Positions 54,555 to 63,816 of a DNA stretch of 64,000 bases are shown piece by piece. The stretch is from a virus (taxonomy: Duplodnaviria > Heunggongvirae > Uroviricota > Caudoviricetes). The position numbers were made by a program, and so were the translations under genes. Within the stretch, counting starts at the first letter, position 1; the number at the start of each line of letters is the position of its first letter. The notes below the pieces were generated by a model. It made no database searches. It was not told the origin of the DNA and saw nothing but the letters and a program-made list of their open reading frames with translations. The stretch lies in the IMG/VR virus record IMGVR_UViG_3300050821_006962, positions 27,133-91,132 of that record, one strand, 5' to 3'.

Positions 54555-55579
54555 AAGCGCTGATTACAGGAATATCCGGGCAAGACGGCAGCTACCTCGC
54601 GGAGCTTCTGCTCTCCAAGGGCTACGAGGTTCACGGCGTGCTGCGTCGCGCTTCCAGCATTAACACGGAGCGCATCAAGCACATCCTGCCGGACCTGCAC
54701 ACCCACCTCGGTGACCTGTCCGATAGCCAATCAATTGAAAATGTTTTCGCGAAGCATACATTCGAAGAAGTCTATAATTTGGGAGCACAGAGCGACGTAC
54801 GCGCCAGCTTTGATGTTCCAGAGTACACAGGCGATGTCACCGGGCTAGGCGCGCTGCGACTCTTGGAGCTGTGCCGCGCGCACCGCAGCAAGTTTTACCA
54901 AGCGAGCAGCTCGGAACTATTCGGGAAGGCGCTGGAGACTCCGCAGTCCGAGAAGACTCCGTTCTATCCTCGCAGCCCTTACGGAGTCGCAAAGCAGTAC
55001 GCGTTCTGGTCGACCGTGAACTACCGCGAGAGCTATGACATGTTCGCGTGCAACGGTATCCTCTTCAACCACGAGAGTCCTCGCCGTGGCACTGGGTTCG
55101 TGACCCAGAAGATTACAAAGGCAGCGGTGAATATTTATCGAAAGAAACAGCTAGAACTGCGTTTGGGCAATTTGGATGCGCGCCGCGATTGGGGATATGC
55201 CAAGGATTACGTGGAAGGAATGTGGATGATGATGCAGCAGCCGAAGCCGGATGACTTCGTGCTCGCGACCGGGGAGACCCACTCCATCCGTGAATTTCTC
55301 GATGAGGCCTTTGACTATCTTCACATCGACTGGCATCAGCACGTCGCGATAGACCCGGAGCTTTATCGCCCTGCCGAAGTTGACCTGCTGCTCGGCGATG
55401 CATCGAAAGCGAAGCGCGTGCTCGGCTGGGAGCCGAAGGTGAAATTCAAGGAACTGGTCCGACTGATGGTGGATGCAGAACTATTCGGAGAAAGGCAGTT
55501 TTGTTCTTATTGTGGCGCAGGCACAGGTAGATTTCGACGATTCGGGGAAGGGACTTGTCCCAAGTGTGAAAAACAATGA
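54551..55579 (+). CDS. gmd: GDP-mannose 4,6-dehydratase
   Basis: [29 protein letters not shown] is the canonical Gmd N-terminus. Confidence 0.7.
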   Translation: MKALITGISGQDGSYLAELLLSKGYEVHGVLRRASSINTERIKHILPDLHTHLGDLSDSQSIENVFAKHTFEEVYNLGAQSDVRASFDVPEYTGDVTGLGALRLLELCRAHRSKFYQASSSELFGKALETPQSEKTPFYPRSPYGVAKQYAFWSTVNYRESYDMFACNGILFNHESPRRGTGFVTQKITKAAVNIYRKKQLELRLGNLDARRDWGYAKDYVEGMWMMMQQPKPDDFVLATGETHSIREFLDEAFDYLHIDWHQHVAIDPELYRPAEVDLLLGDASKAKRVLGWEPKVKFKELVRLMVDAELFGERQFCSYCGAGTGRFRRFGEGTCPKCEKQ

Positions 55580-56205
55580 ACTTTTACCTCATTTCCGACA
55601 CGCACTTCAAGCATGACGCAATGAAGACATACTGCGTACGCCCATCGAATTTTACGGAGCTGACACATAAAAATGTCATGAATACCGTGACCGAGAAGGA
55701 CACCCTGATTCACCTCGGCGATGTCGGCATCGGCAAGCACGACGCGTGGGAGTGGATAATCCGCGAATGGCCCTGCCGTAAGATTCTAATTCGAGGCAAC
55801 CACGACCGCAATCACTCGTGCTCGTGGTGGATGGAGCACGGCTTCGATTTTGCGTGCGATTCTATGGTCTTCCGCAAGGTGCTGCTCACGCATGAGCCAG
55901 CAAATGCGGTCATCAAATCGGATGGACATCGTCCATACGGCTCTCTTGACGCTGGTCTGCCAGAAGGTTGTGAATTGAATGTGCATGGTCACCTCCACAA
56001 TATTTGGGATGGATTTCATCGTCCAGAACGAATCGAACGAGACAAGGAATTGCTCGGTATCGATTTTACGAAGCGATTGAAACACTCATGGCAGCGTCTT
56101 TTCGCACTCGAATACACCAGCTACGCGCCCGTTGAGTTTAACAAGTTCATTTCACATCCGGAACGATATCAGGCGACCGGGCCAAAAACACATGCCGGAA
56201 TATAA
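55576..56205 (+). CDS. calcineurin-like metallophosphoesterase
   Basis: ISDTHF...GDVG...GNHD. Confidence 0.55.
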   Translation: MNFYLISDTHFKHDAMKTYCVRPSNFTELTHKNVMNTVTEKDTLIHLGDVGIGKHDAWEWIIREWPCRKILIRGNHDRNHSCSWWMEHGFDFACDSMVFRKVLLTHEPANAVIKSDGHRPYGSLDAGLPEGCELNVHGHLHNIWDGFHRPERIERDKELLGIDFTKRLKHSWQRLFALEYTSYAPVEFNKFISHPERYQATGPKTHAGI

Positions 56206-56365
56206 ACGCGCCCAAGGAATAATTGAACGTCGCTGCGACGAGTGTAAAGAAGAAAACGGCATTCAGCCCGGACAGCGAAAACGAGTAAGATGTTCCTGCT
56301 GTAAAAAGCTTCTTTGTCGTAAATGTCATACGAAACATACGGAGATAGAAAATGGCGGACTTTAG
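56192..56365 (+). CDS. Zn-ribbon mini-protein
   Basis: CDEC...CSCC...CRKCH. Confidence 0.35.
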   Translation: MPEYKRAQGIIERRCDECKEENGIQPGQRKRVRCSCCKKLLCRKCHTKHTEIENGGL

Positions 56366-56867
56366 AACAGCAGTGAACATCACGATGGACGCGAACCACG
56401 AAGGCGGCTACCAGTGTTTGCGCGGCGACAAAGGCAACTGGACCGGAGGCGAGGTCGGCGTGGGGGAGTTGAAGGGCACGAAGTACGGTATCAGCGCCCG
56501 CGAGTTCCCCAACGAGGATATCGTGAATCTTACGATGGACCGGGCTGCGGAGCTTTACCGGGAAGGCTACTGGAAGCCCCTCTACAGCCAGATTAATGAC
56601 CAGCAACTGGCTAACAAACTCTTTGACCTCGGCGTCTTATTTGGCGTCAATACCGCCGTGAAGATGCTGCAAATCACGATGGAGAATAAAATCGCAATCG
56701 TGTCGGACGGCGTCTTCGGACCCAACACGCTCGCGACGCTGAATCAGCTGGAGAATCTTCTCCCGGCTTACAAGGCCGCCTTCTTGAATCATGTGATGAA
56801 TGTGGTTAACAACAACCCCGGAGAAGCGCAGTTTCTGAGCGACTGGGTCCGCAGGATTAATTCGTGA
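56352..56867 (+). CDS. GH108-family lysozyme (endolysin)
   Basis: EGGY...KGNWTGG...GTKYGI GH108 signature plus a C-terminal PG-binding-like region. Confidence 0.6.
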   Translation: MADFRTAVNITMDANHEGGYQCLRGDKGNWTGGEVGVGELKGTKYGISAREFPNEDIVNLTMDRAAELYREGYWKPLYSQINDQQLANKLFDLGVLFGVNTAVKMLQITMENKIAIVSDGVFGPNTLATLNQLENLLPAYKAAFLNHVMNVVNNNPGEAQFLSDWVRRINS

Positions 56868-57229
56868 CTTGGATTATGCCAGAATGGGTTCCGGGATTGA
56901 AGCACCCGATGACGCCTCGCACGGTCTTCATGAACTGCTACGAGATAGACAAGGTGCGCCGAGTCTTGATGGCGCGCTGCAAAATCTGCGGCCACACAGT
57001 CTCCAAGGACGAGAAGGCAGTCAAAGAGCTGATGTATCGCTGCGACAAGAGCACATTCTGCGGGTGTGGAGAGTTCAAGACCCATCAGGTTTGTAGTCTC
57101 TGTTACGACATGTTTCACGCTTTGTACGCGAACTACTTAATGAAGAATCGCAACTACTTCAAAGACATGGATGATAAGCGGCGCGCAGAGTGGGAAGGAT
57201 ACAAAAAGAGGGAAAATGGCACAACATAA
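56864..57229 (+). CDS. Cys-rich hypothetical protein
   Basis: ORF track. Confidence 0.45.
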   Translation: MTWIMPEWVPGLKHPMTPRTVFMNCYEIDKVRRVLMARCKICGHTVSKDEKAVKELMYRCDKSTFCGCGEFKTHQVCSLCYDMFHALYANYLMKNRNYFKDMDDKRRAEWEGYKKRENGTT

Positions 57230-57449
57230 GCTATCAACGGCTGTCTTCGCACAAGGCTGGCTGGAAGGCCAGTTCGAAACTATGGTCGCTCGCAGCGCAG
57301 AAAAAGCGGACGAAGACCCGACCGTTCACTTGGTCGCTACTCAGGTTCTGGAACAGTGGAACATCGTGAGCAACGCGTTTGACCAGCTCGTAAAAGAGAA
57401 CGCGGAGCTGGAGCGCCGTCTCGCGCTGGTGAAAGCCGCAGTACTCTGA
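57216..57449 (+). CDS. hypothetical protein
   Basis: AGAGGG RBS. Confidence 0.4.
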   Translation: MAQHKLSTAVFAQGWLEGQFETMVARSAEKADEDPTVHLVATQVLEQWNIVSNAFDQLVKENAELERRLALVKAAVL

Positions 57450-57742
57450 TGTCGTCTCCGTCCGAATGGTATAGCCGAGCTTATGCCAAGGAATGGACTC
57501 AGTGTGCTCGAAAACAGCTCATAACTAGCAAGGAAGAGGCAAATGTTCGAGCGCGAGCGATGCAAGAAAAGTATCGACAAGTTTTTAATTCTTACCAGTG
57601 TCCCTTTTGCGGCGGCTTTCACGTGGGCAGAATAGGCCCCGCTAAGGAAAAAAGATATCTACAAAATAGAGTTAAACAGCTCAACAACGCTTTCCAAATT
57701 TTGACTCCACGCTGGATGGAAGACTGGACTAGGGTACTGTGA
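57449..57742 (+). CDS. hypothetical protein (CPFCGG)
   Basis: ORF track. Confidence 0.45.
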   Translation: MSSPSEWYSRAYAKEWTQCARKQLITSKEEANVRARAMQEKYRQVFNSYQCPFCGGFHVGRIGPAKEKRYLQNRVKQLNNAFQILTPRWMEDWTRVL

Positions 57743-58287
57743 ACCTCCGCTGGGACGCGACCTTCCGCAGATTTATCGCGGAGTTCTCCTCTGATTTCCA
57801 AGGGGACCTTGCTGCCGTCAAGGCCGCAGGGTTCAAGCCGGATACCTCCACGGGCGCATGGGTCTGGTGGACCGGGAAGGCCGCGCCGCTCACCAAACTC
57901 CGCGAGAATCGTCCCGCCAGCGGGCTGACTATCACTCCGGAGGCCCGGGAGCAGTACACGCCGCTCGCCGCAATGGAAGCGAAGAACGCCGAGATAAAAA
58001 CCGCCGCCGCAAAGGCCAACAAAGAACTCAAGAAGACGCTCGGTCTGGTGGAGGCGAAGACTCCGCTCGTGATTCCTGAGAAAGGCTACATCGACGCATC
58101 TGACCTCCCGCCTCTGCCACCCTCCGAAAATCCCTACGTTCGTCCTCCCGAAGACCCCACCGCCCCCAGATGCTGCATCTGTAAAGCGCTCATAGAAATG
58201 TTCTTGTATGGGGACGATGAGCCTCGCCCGGTCGCCTGCTTATACTGCCAGAAAAAAGTGCTTGACAATGTCACAGAGGTATGTTAG
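57739..58287 (+). CDS. hypothetical protein
   Basis: ORF track. Confidence 0.5.
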   Translation: MNLRWDATFRRFIAEFSSDFQGDLAAVKAAGFKPDTSTGAWVWWTGKAAPLTKLRENRPASGLTITPEAREQYTPLAAMEAKNAEIKTAAAKANKELKKTLGLVEAKTPLVIPEKGYIDASDLPPLPPSENPYVRPPEDPTAPRCCICKALIEMFLYGDDEPRPVACLYCQKKVLDNVTEVC

Positions 58288-58290
58288 TCT
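58262..58290 (+). promoter_or_regulatory. promoter TTGACA-17-TAGTCT
   Basis: Followed by the shared leader CTTCATGAAAGGTAGG. Confidence 0.5.
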
Positions 58291-58312
58291 CTTCATGAAA
58301 GGTAGGTGCGTT

Positions 58313-58546
58313 ATGGAAAAATTTATCGCAGCGGCGATGGTTGTAGTTATTGCGTTGGCTCTCTTGTTTGGATTGGCCCTTCTTATGGCTTATCCCACCA
58401 TGTGGAGCGTGAACTATTTGTTCAGCGCGCAGCTTCTCTTTTTCGTGTTCGGCACCGCCAAGATTGGCTTTTGGCAAGCGTTTGTGCTTAACATGTTTTT
58501 CGGCATCGCGTTCAATCAGAACTCTAGCTCATCGAAATCGAAATAG
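58313..58546 (+). CDS. holin-like membrane protein (2 TM helices)
   Basis: AAAGGTAGG RBS; MEKFIAAAMVVVIALALLFGLALLMAYP... Confidence 0.45.
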   Translation: MEKFIAAAMVVVIALALLFGLALLMAYPTMWSVNYLFSAQLLFFVFGTAKIGFWQAFVLNMFFGIAFNQNSSSSKSK

Positions 58547-58548
58547 TT

Positions 58549-58577
58549 CTTGACAGGGTTTTGAAAGCGTGTTAGCA
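58549..58577 (+). promoter_or_regulatory. promoter TTGACA-17-TAGCAT
   Basis: Same leader ATTCATGAAAGGTAGG as the preceding promoter. Confidence 0.5.
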
Positions 58578-58599
58578 TATTCATGAAAGGTAGGGAACT

Positions 58600-58929
58600 G
58601 TGGACATTCATGCGGTCGCAGAGAAGTATCTGCAAGACATCCAGAGCGGAAAGGTCGTCTTTTACGAGCGTGACCATAAGCCGGAGCTGATGCACGCTCA
58701 TAAGCTCGCGCCGGAGCGCGTCGTGGTCGTGAGAGAAGAAGCTCCCCACTACTTGGCGGGCGTTAAGCCGTCCGGTCGTGTGGTCTGGACCCACTGCATG
58801 AGGCTCGCAGCATCTTACAATCATCCGTCGGCGGCGCTCGGCTCCGTGCTGGAGCGGATGGACGTTTATCAGATTCCGGTCGACACGATGCCCGCGTGCT
58901 GGTTCTCGAATCACCAGCATGGCTCATAA
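58600..58929 (+). CDS. hypothetical protein
   Basis: GTG start after AAAGGTAGGG. Confidence 0.45.
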   Translation: MDIHAVAEKYLQDIQSGKVVFYERDHKPELMHAHKLAPERVVVVREEAPHYLAGVKPSGRVVWTHCMRLAASYNHPSAALGSVLERMDVYQIPVDTMPACWFSNHQHGS

Positions 58930-59107
58930 CTGCCGATTACAGGGCAAGAACGGGGAGCTGCTCTACATCTGCTCTCGATGCGGCGAGTGCTACGTTTGCA
59001 AGCACAAGGCGGTTCACTTCACGGAGGAAGACGTCTGGCGGTGGAAGCGGAAGAACGGGAAGTATGAGGAAGTCATCTGTGATGGTCGGCTGAGAAGTGG
59101 CAGTTAA
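58919..59107 (+). CDS. Zn-ribbon mini-protein
   Basis: CSRCGECYVC. Confidence 0.4.
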   Translation: MAHNCRLQGKNGELLYICSRCGECYVCKHKAVHFTEEDVWRWKRKNGKYEEVICDGRLRSGS

Positions 59108-59132
59108 GGCGCTGTTAACTGACAGGAGACTT

Positions 59133-59312
59133 ATGGCACTCACCCCTTGGCAAAAGGCATTTGGAAGAGATTTTCCGGGCGCACCAAACGACAACAGAAC
59201 TCCGGAACAAAAATCTACTGATTTTATTCTAGCTATTCAAAGATGCCCGGATTGTTCTGAAAAGTACGGTTTGTGTGGTTTTCACGAAGAACAAAAGCCA
59301 GTTGGCAGTTAA
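59133..59312 (+). CDS. small Cys-containing protein
   Basis: AGGAGA RBS. Confidence 0.4.
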   Translation: MALTPWQKAFGRDFPGAPNDNRTPEQKSTDFILAIQRCPDCSEKYGLCGFHEEQKPVGS

Positions 59313-59338
59313 GGTATATTAAATGACAGGAGGAAGTC

Positions 59339-59683
59339 ATGAGCGAATTTGTTCAAAATTTTTCCAGCGTGGATGACATCGTCGACAGCTATGGAGGCAC
59401 CTCGCAAGAAGATTTGAGCGGTGCAATCATCCACCTCGCGTGGTACGGCTACGGGAGCTATAACGGCAGCAGCCTCGTGGTCTACGAAAAGGAAGGCAAG
59501 CTGTTCGAGGTCAACGGTTCGCACTGTTCTTGTCACGGACTGGAAGAACAGTGGCAGCCGGAAGAGACCACGCTCGCCGCGCTCGCGATGCGTGATATCA
59601 GCGATGGCGAGTACGATGGGAGCGGCGAAGCTCAAAAAGTTTTGGCAGCTTTTATTGCATCCAAATCAGGAGGTGTAAATTGA
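59339..59683 (+). CDS. hypothetical protein
   Basis: AGGAGG RBS. Confidence 0.5.
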   Translation: MSEFVQNFSSVDDIVDSYGGTSQEDLSGAIIHLAWYGYGSYNGSSLVVYEKEGKLFEVNGSHCSCHGLEEQWQPEETTLAALAMRDISDGEYDGSGEAQKVLAAFIASKSGGVN

Positions 59684-60018
59684 AACCGCAAAAGAAGGCT
59701 CCGGCTCTCACGCCGGAACAGCAGGCCGAAATCCTCGCCACAAAACAGAAGGCGCAGGAAGAGGCTCAGAAGGAACGGGAGCGCGTCGAGCTGTACGGCA
59801 AGTCCGTACAGAAGATGTCGCACCGTCAGTTGAGCGCGGAGCTGCGGAAGACGATTCGCCGGGAGCACACGGGTCGGCCTCCCCAGCCGCAAGCCGGGTT
59901 GACCATTTTGTACGCCTCGATTCTTTCCACGATTCTGGACAGCACCAGAACCAGCATGGACAAGCCTCGTCCGGACCAGATTAACCCGAACGGGCGGCTG
60001 TACGCCTATCCACGCTAA
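59680..60018 (+). CDS. hypothetical protein
   Basis: coupled. Confidence 0.45.
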   Translation: MKPQKKAPALTPEQQAEILATKQKAQEEAQKERERVELYGKSVQKMSHRQLSAELRKTIRREHTGRPPQPQAGLTILYASILSTILDSTRTSMDKPRPDQINPNGRLYAYPR

Positions 60019-60101
60019 TGTGGGAGCTGCTCTGCCCCCAGCACGGTATCCCGGCCTTCCTTATGTGGGCCGTGTTGGGCGGCGACCCGCAAATTTTGTG
60101 C

Positions 60102-60130
60102 TTGACATTTCAAATCTATCGTGATAAGGT
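60102..60130 (+). promoter_or_regulatory. promoter TTGACA-17-TAAGGT
   Basis: Upstream of 60155. Confidence 0.45.
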
Positions 60131-60154
60131 GACTTCGTTAATCAGGAGGATTGC

Positions 60155-60400
60155 ATGAGCGTGGCACAAGATTTGTTTCTCGGTCTGGTCGGCTCGGTCG
60201 AAGCAGGCATCTTGACACCAGAAGAGGCGGTGACCGAACTCGCCGAGTTGAAGCAGGAGTACGGTTTCTATTCGGAGTACACGCTCGAAGACTTCCAACG
60301 GCTTCGAACAAATTATCTCTCCAAGCTGGAATCGGAGGAAGATAACGATTATTACGAAGACGATTTCAGATACGACGAGGATGAAGAGGACGACGAATGA
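60155..60400 (+). CDS. acidic small protein
   Basis: AGGAGG RBS. Confidence 0.5.
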   Translation: MSVAQDLFLGLVGSVEAGILTPEEAVTELAELKQEYGFYSEYTLEDFQRLRTNYLSKLESEEDNDYYEDDFRYDEDEEDDE

Positions 60401-61704
60401 GCTTGCCAAACGAAAAGATGGTCGGGAAGAATTACAACGTGATTGTCCCTGAAACTGGTGTGCCAATCAAAATTTGGAACAAGCACGTTAAGGTTGAGGA
60501 ACAAGCAATTCAACAGCTGAAAGACGTGGCTTCTATGTCTTTTGTGAAGCCTTATGTCGCAGCAATGAGTGATTGCCACTGGGGTATGGGCGCGACGGTC
60601 GGCTCCGTTATCCCGACGGTGGGCGCTGTGATGCCCGCTGCGGTCGGCGTGGATATCGGCTGCGGGATGATGGCTGTCCGCACAAATCTCAAATGGCGAC
60701 AAGCAGCTCCCGAAGACGGAATTTTCGAGATATACGATTACAAGCGCATGTTCGAGGCAATCTCGAAGGCGGTACCGCACGGTCGCACCGACAACGGCGG
60801 CGCGAGAGATATCGGCGGCTGGGGTACGGTCCCGACTGACATCGCAGGAATATGGGAGAAAGAATTCGCCGCGCCTTACGATGAGCTTTGTCGGAAGCAC
60901 CCGGGCGCGTTATCGAAGAATGCGGAGCGCCATCTCGGCACACTCGGCACCGGGAACCACTTCATCGAGGTCTGCACCGAAATCGACAACCCGGACTCTA
61001 ACCTTTGGGTGGTCATCCACTCCGGCTCTCGCGGACTGGGCAATCGCATCGGCACATATTTCACCAAGCTGGCCGGAGACCTTTGCAAGACGTGGGGCGT
61101 CCAGCTCCCGAACAAGGACCTCGGGTATCTCCCGGTCGGCACCAGTCAGTACGACGATTACATCACGGCGATTACGCTGGCGCAGAAGTTTGCGTGGCAC
61201 AATCGCATCATCATGATGGAGCGCGTGCTGAAAGCTATCGGTGCAGAGCAGGATGGTAACGAGCAAATTGACGGCTTCAATGTCACTCCCTCGATTATCC
61301 ACATGCACCATAACTATATGACACAGATTTGCTTCGGCGGTCTTGACATCAACCTGACTCGCAAGGGCGCGGTCGACGCGAGCCACGGCAATTGGGTCAT
61401 CATCCCCGGTTCGATGGGCGCGAAGACCTACATCGCTCGCGGGCTGGGCAACAAGGAATCGTTCTGCTCTTGCTCCCACGGCGCAGGCCGCGCAATGAGC
61501 CGAACGCAGGCTTTGAAGACGTTCACGGTCGGGGACCACGAGGCGGCAACGGCAGGCGTGTACTGCGACAAGACACGCGCCGTGCTCGACGAAACGCCAG
61601 CCGCGTACAAAGACATCGATGCGGTGATGGAATCGCAGCGCGACCTAGTTGAGCCCGTTTTGAAAATCAAGCAGTTGGTATGTGTCAAAGGATTGAGCGA
61701 TTAA
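60397..61704 (+). CDS. rtcB: RtcB RNA 3'-phosphate/5'-OH ligase
   Basis: SHGAGRAMSR and His-rich metal-binding motifs; RtcB-like length. Confidence 0.65.
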   Translation: MSLPNEKMVGKNYNVIVPETGVPIKIWNKHVKVEEQAIQQLKDVASMSFVKPYVAAMSDCHWGMGATVGSVIPTVGAVMPAAVGVDIGCGMMAVRTNLKWRQAAPEDGIFEIYDYKRMFEAISKAVPHGRTDNGGARDIGGWGTVPTDIAGIWEKEFAAPYDELCRKHPGALSKNAERHLGTLGTGNHFIEVCTEIDNPDSNLWVVIHSGSRGLGNRIGTYFTKLAGDLCKTWGVQLPNKDLGYLPVGTSQYDDYITAITLAQKFAWHNRIIMMERVLKAIGAEQDGNEQIDGFNVTPSIIHMHHNYMTQICFGGLDINLTRKGAVDASHGNWVIIPGSMGAKTYIARGLGNKESFCSCSHGAGRAMSRTQALKTFTVGDHEAATAGVYCDKTRAVLDETPAAYKDIDAVMESQRDLVEPVLKIKQLVCVKGLSD

Positions 61705-61931
61705 TGAATCACTGTCGACACTGCGGAGCGCCTGTAGATATCGACACGTTTGTGTGCGACCCCTGCTATCTGGTCGCGACCGCTCCGTTCGAATTTCCTG
61801 AACAGGATGCTGTGAAGAGTTCCACATCTGTGATGAAAGCCGGAGTCTGTCAGACCTGCGGCTGCAAAATGGATGGCGTAAAGGGTGGCGGTAAGATTGG
61901 ATGTACCTGCGTCTGTCACAAAGGCGCATAA
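61704..61931 (+). CDS. Cys-rich mini-protein
   Basis: TAATG overlap. Confidence 0.4.
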   Translation: MNHCRHCGAPVDIDTFVCDPCYLVATAPFEFPEQDAVKSSTSVMKAGVCQTCGCKMDGVKGGGKIGCTCVCHKGA

Positions 61932-61951
61932 TTTCAAATCAGGAGGAATCT

Positions 61952-62983
61952 ATGGGAGTGATTTTGTTCTTGCTGTTCTTGGTTTCGCTGCTCGGCGGCA
62001 TCACTATCTCCGTCGTGCAGAGCTTTAAAGCATCGGAAAAGGCGGGCGACAATGTTGTGGTCAAACCGATTCCGGCGCTCATCAGCTTGGTCCCTGCGCT
62101 GGTATTCTTCTCGCTGTTCTTAGGCCTCGTCTCGGTTGACGCGGGTTCGGTCGGCGTGGTGAAGACGGGCGGAAAAGCGGTCGGCACGTTGCAGCCCGGT
62201 TATCACTTCGTTCATCCAATCATCGACACGGTCACCGAGGTCCCGGTCCAGACCCGCATCGTCAAGGTCTCGGAGCCTGCCTCGTCCAAGGACTTGCAGA
62301 TTGTGAACACCGAGGTGACGCTCGCTTACCACGTCGACAACCAGCACGCGATGGACATCTTGGTTCAATTGAACAACGACGCGGAGAACCGCGTTATCGT
62401 TCCGGCCATCTTGGAGTCCATCAAGGCGGAGACGGCTCAGTATGACGTTCAACAGCTCGTCACCCAGCGCGCCAAGGTTCGCGACGGCATCGAGGAGCGC
62501 GTCAAGGCTCGTTTGCTGCCTTACTTCATCGCGGCGGAAACCACGTCCATCACCAACTTCGCCTTCTCTCAGCAGTACGAGGCATCTATCGAGGCGAAGC
62601 AGGTCGCGGAACAGAACGCCGAGAAGGCCAAGAACGACCTGAACCGTATCAAGGTCGAGGCCGAGCAGGTCGCGGCAAAGGCGGATGGAGAGGCGCAAGC
62701 TCAGATTGCCAACGCTAAGGGTTCTGCCGAGTCCCAGCTCATCGTGGCTCGCGCAAAGGCCGAGGCTCAGCGCTTGCAGGTTACCAACATCACCCCGGAA
62801 CTGCTTCAAATGCGTACCATTGAATTGATGAACGAGAAGTGGGACGGCCAACTGCCGTCGATGGTCGTGGGCAGTTCGAACGGGATGGTTCCGATGTTCG
62901 ATGTGATGGCCGCGCGAAACAAGTCTCAAGAAATTCGCAACGCCCGCATCGAAGAGAAGCAGAAGCAACAGGACCCGCAGTGA
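61952..62983 (+). CDS. SPFH/band-7 (HflK/C or stomatin-like) membrane protein
   Basis: N-terminal TM helix plus SPFH core and coiled-coil tail; AGGAGG RBS. Confidence 0.55.
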   Translation: MGVILFLLFLVSLLGGITISVVQSFKASEKAGDNVVVKPIPALISLVPALVFFSLFLGLVSVDAGSVGVVKTGGKAVGTLQPGYHFVHPIIDTVTEVPVQTRIVKVSEPASSKDLQIVNTEVTLAYHVDNQHAMDILVQLNNDAENRVIVPAILESIKAETAQYDVQQLVTQRAKVRDGIEERVKARLLPYFIAAETTSITNFAFSQQYEASIEAKQVAEQNAEKAKNDLNRIKVEAEQVAAKADGEAQAQIANAKGSAESQLIVARAKAEAQRLQVTNITPELLQMRTIELMNEKWDGQLPSMVVGSSNGMVPMFDVMAARNKSQEIRNARIEEKQKQQDPQ

Positions 62984-63177
62984 AAAATCTTTACCTCGTA
63001 ACTCTGTCTTGTGTCCGTCATTACGGCAACGGCCACTTCGAACGCGATACAGAGCCAGCAATGAAGGTCGTTGCAGCAAACGGCGATGAGGCTGTGGAGA
63101 AGGCGAAAAAGAGAGTTGGTGAATCATCGAAGCCTGCGCTGGAAGGTTTGCAATTGATGGTATCAGGAGTCGAGTGA
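62980..63177 (+). CDS. hypothetical protein
   Basis: GTG start, coupled. Confidence 0.35.
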   Translation: MKNLYLVTLSCVRHYGNGHFERDTEPAMKVVAANGDEAVEKAKKRVGESSKPALEGLQLMVSGVE

Positions 63178-63347
63178 TGTCCAACATCGCAAAGAAATAT
63201 CTCGTCGTGGGCGGTGTGGTCGTGGAAGCCGTCAAGTCAGAGGGAGGCGGCTTCTACGAACTCACTGTGGTCGAGACAGGCGATAAGCAGCGGTACCTCG
63301 CCGACGTTTTCGAAGAGGTAGCAAAACCAGTGGAGGAGAAGTCATGA
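63177..63347 (+). CDS. hypothetical small protein
   Basis: TGATG overlap. Confidence 0.35.
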   Translation: MSNIAKKYLVVGGVVVEAVKSEGGGFYELTVVETGDKQRYLADVFEEVAKPVEEKS

Positions 63348-63523
63348 GCAAGAGTTCACAAAACGCGTGGTGGAACGGATTTTTCAGCGTGGTAGATTTG
63401 GTGATTCTTGGCTTCCTCTTTCGAGGCGTCTGGATTCATGACTTCGATACCATCGCAATTTCTTTTCTGTTCGGTATTCTCGGTTTCATCTTTTGGTTTA
63501 TAACGCTGGCGGGCATTGAATGA
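63344..63523 (+). CDS. 59-aa membrane protein
   Basis: ATGA overlaps both sides. Confidence 0.4.
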   Translation: MSKSSQNAWWNGFFSVVDLVILGFLFRGVWIHDFDTIAISFLFGILGFIFWFITLAGIE

Positions 63524-63816
63524 TTGTCGCATACCAACCCGGCGGCAGCGTGAAGGACGCGCGCGTGGTGTTGAAGCCCACGGAGACGCTGCCGAACCGT
63601 TACAACACCAAGCAGACGGTCGTGTACCGGGAGCAGGAGGGCGGAGGACCTTGGCTGCTGGTGAAGACGAAGTTCCAAGTGCTGCCCCAAGATTCGCCGA
63701 TACTGACCCAGCCTGAGATTCCTGAAACCCAAATTTTGCCCTTGACAAATCCGGAAGACCCTGCTACACTGTTCGAGCATCAAGACATCATTAGAATGGA
63801 AGAGGAGGAGAAATGA
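63520..63816 (+). CDS. hypothetical protein
   Basis: ORF track; carries internal promoter TTGACA-17-TACACT at 63742-63770. Confidence 0.45.
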   Translation: MIVAYQPGGSVKDARVVLKPTETLPNRYNTKQTVVYREQEGGGPWLLVKTKFQVLPQDSPILTQPEIPETQILPLTNPEDPATLFEHQDIIRMEEEEK

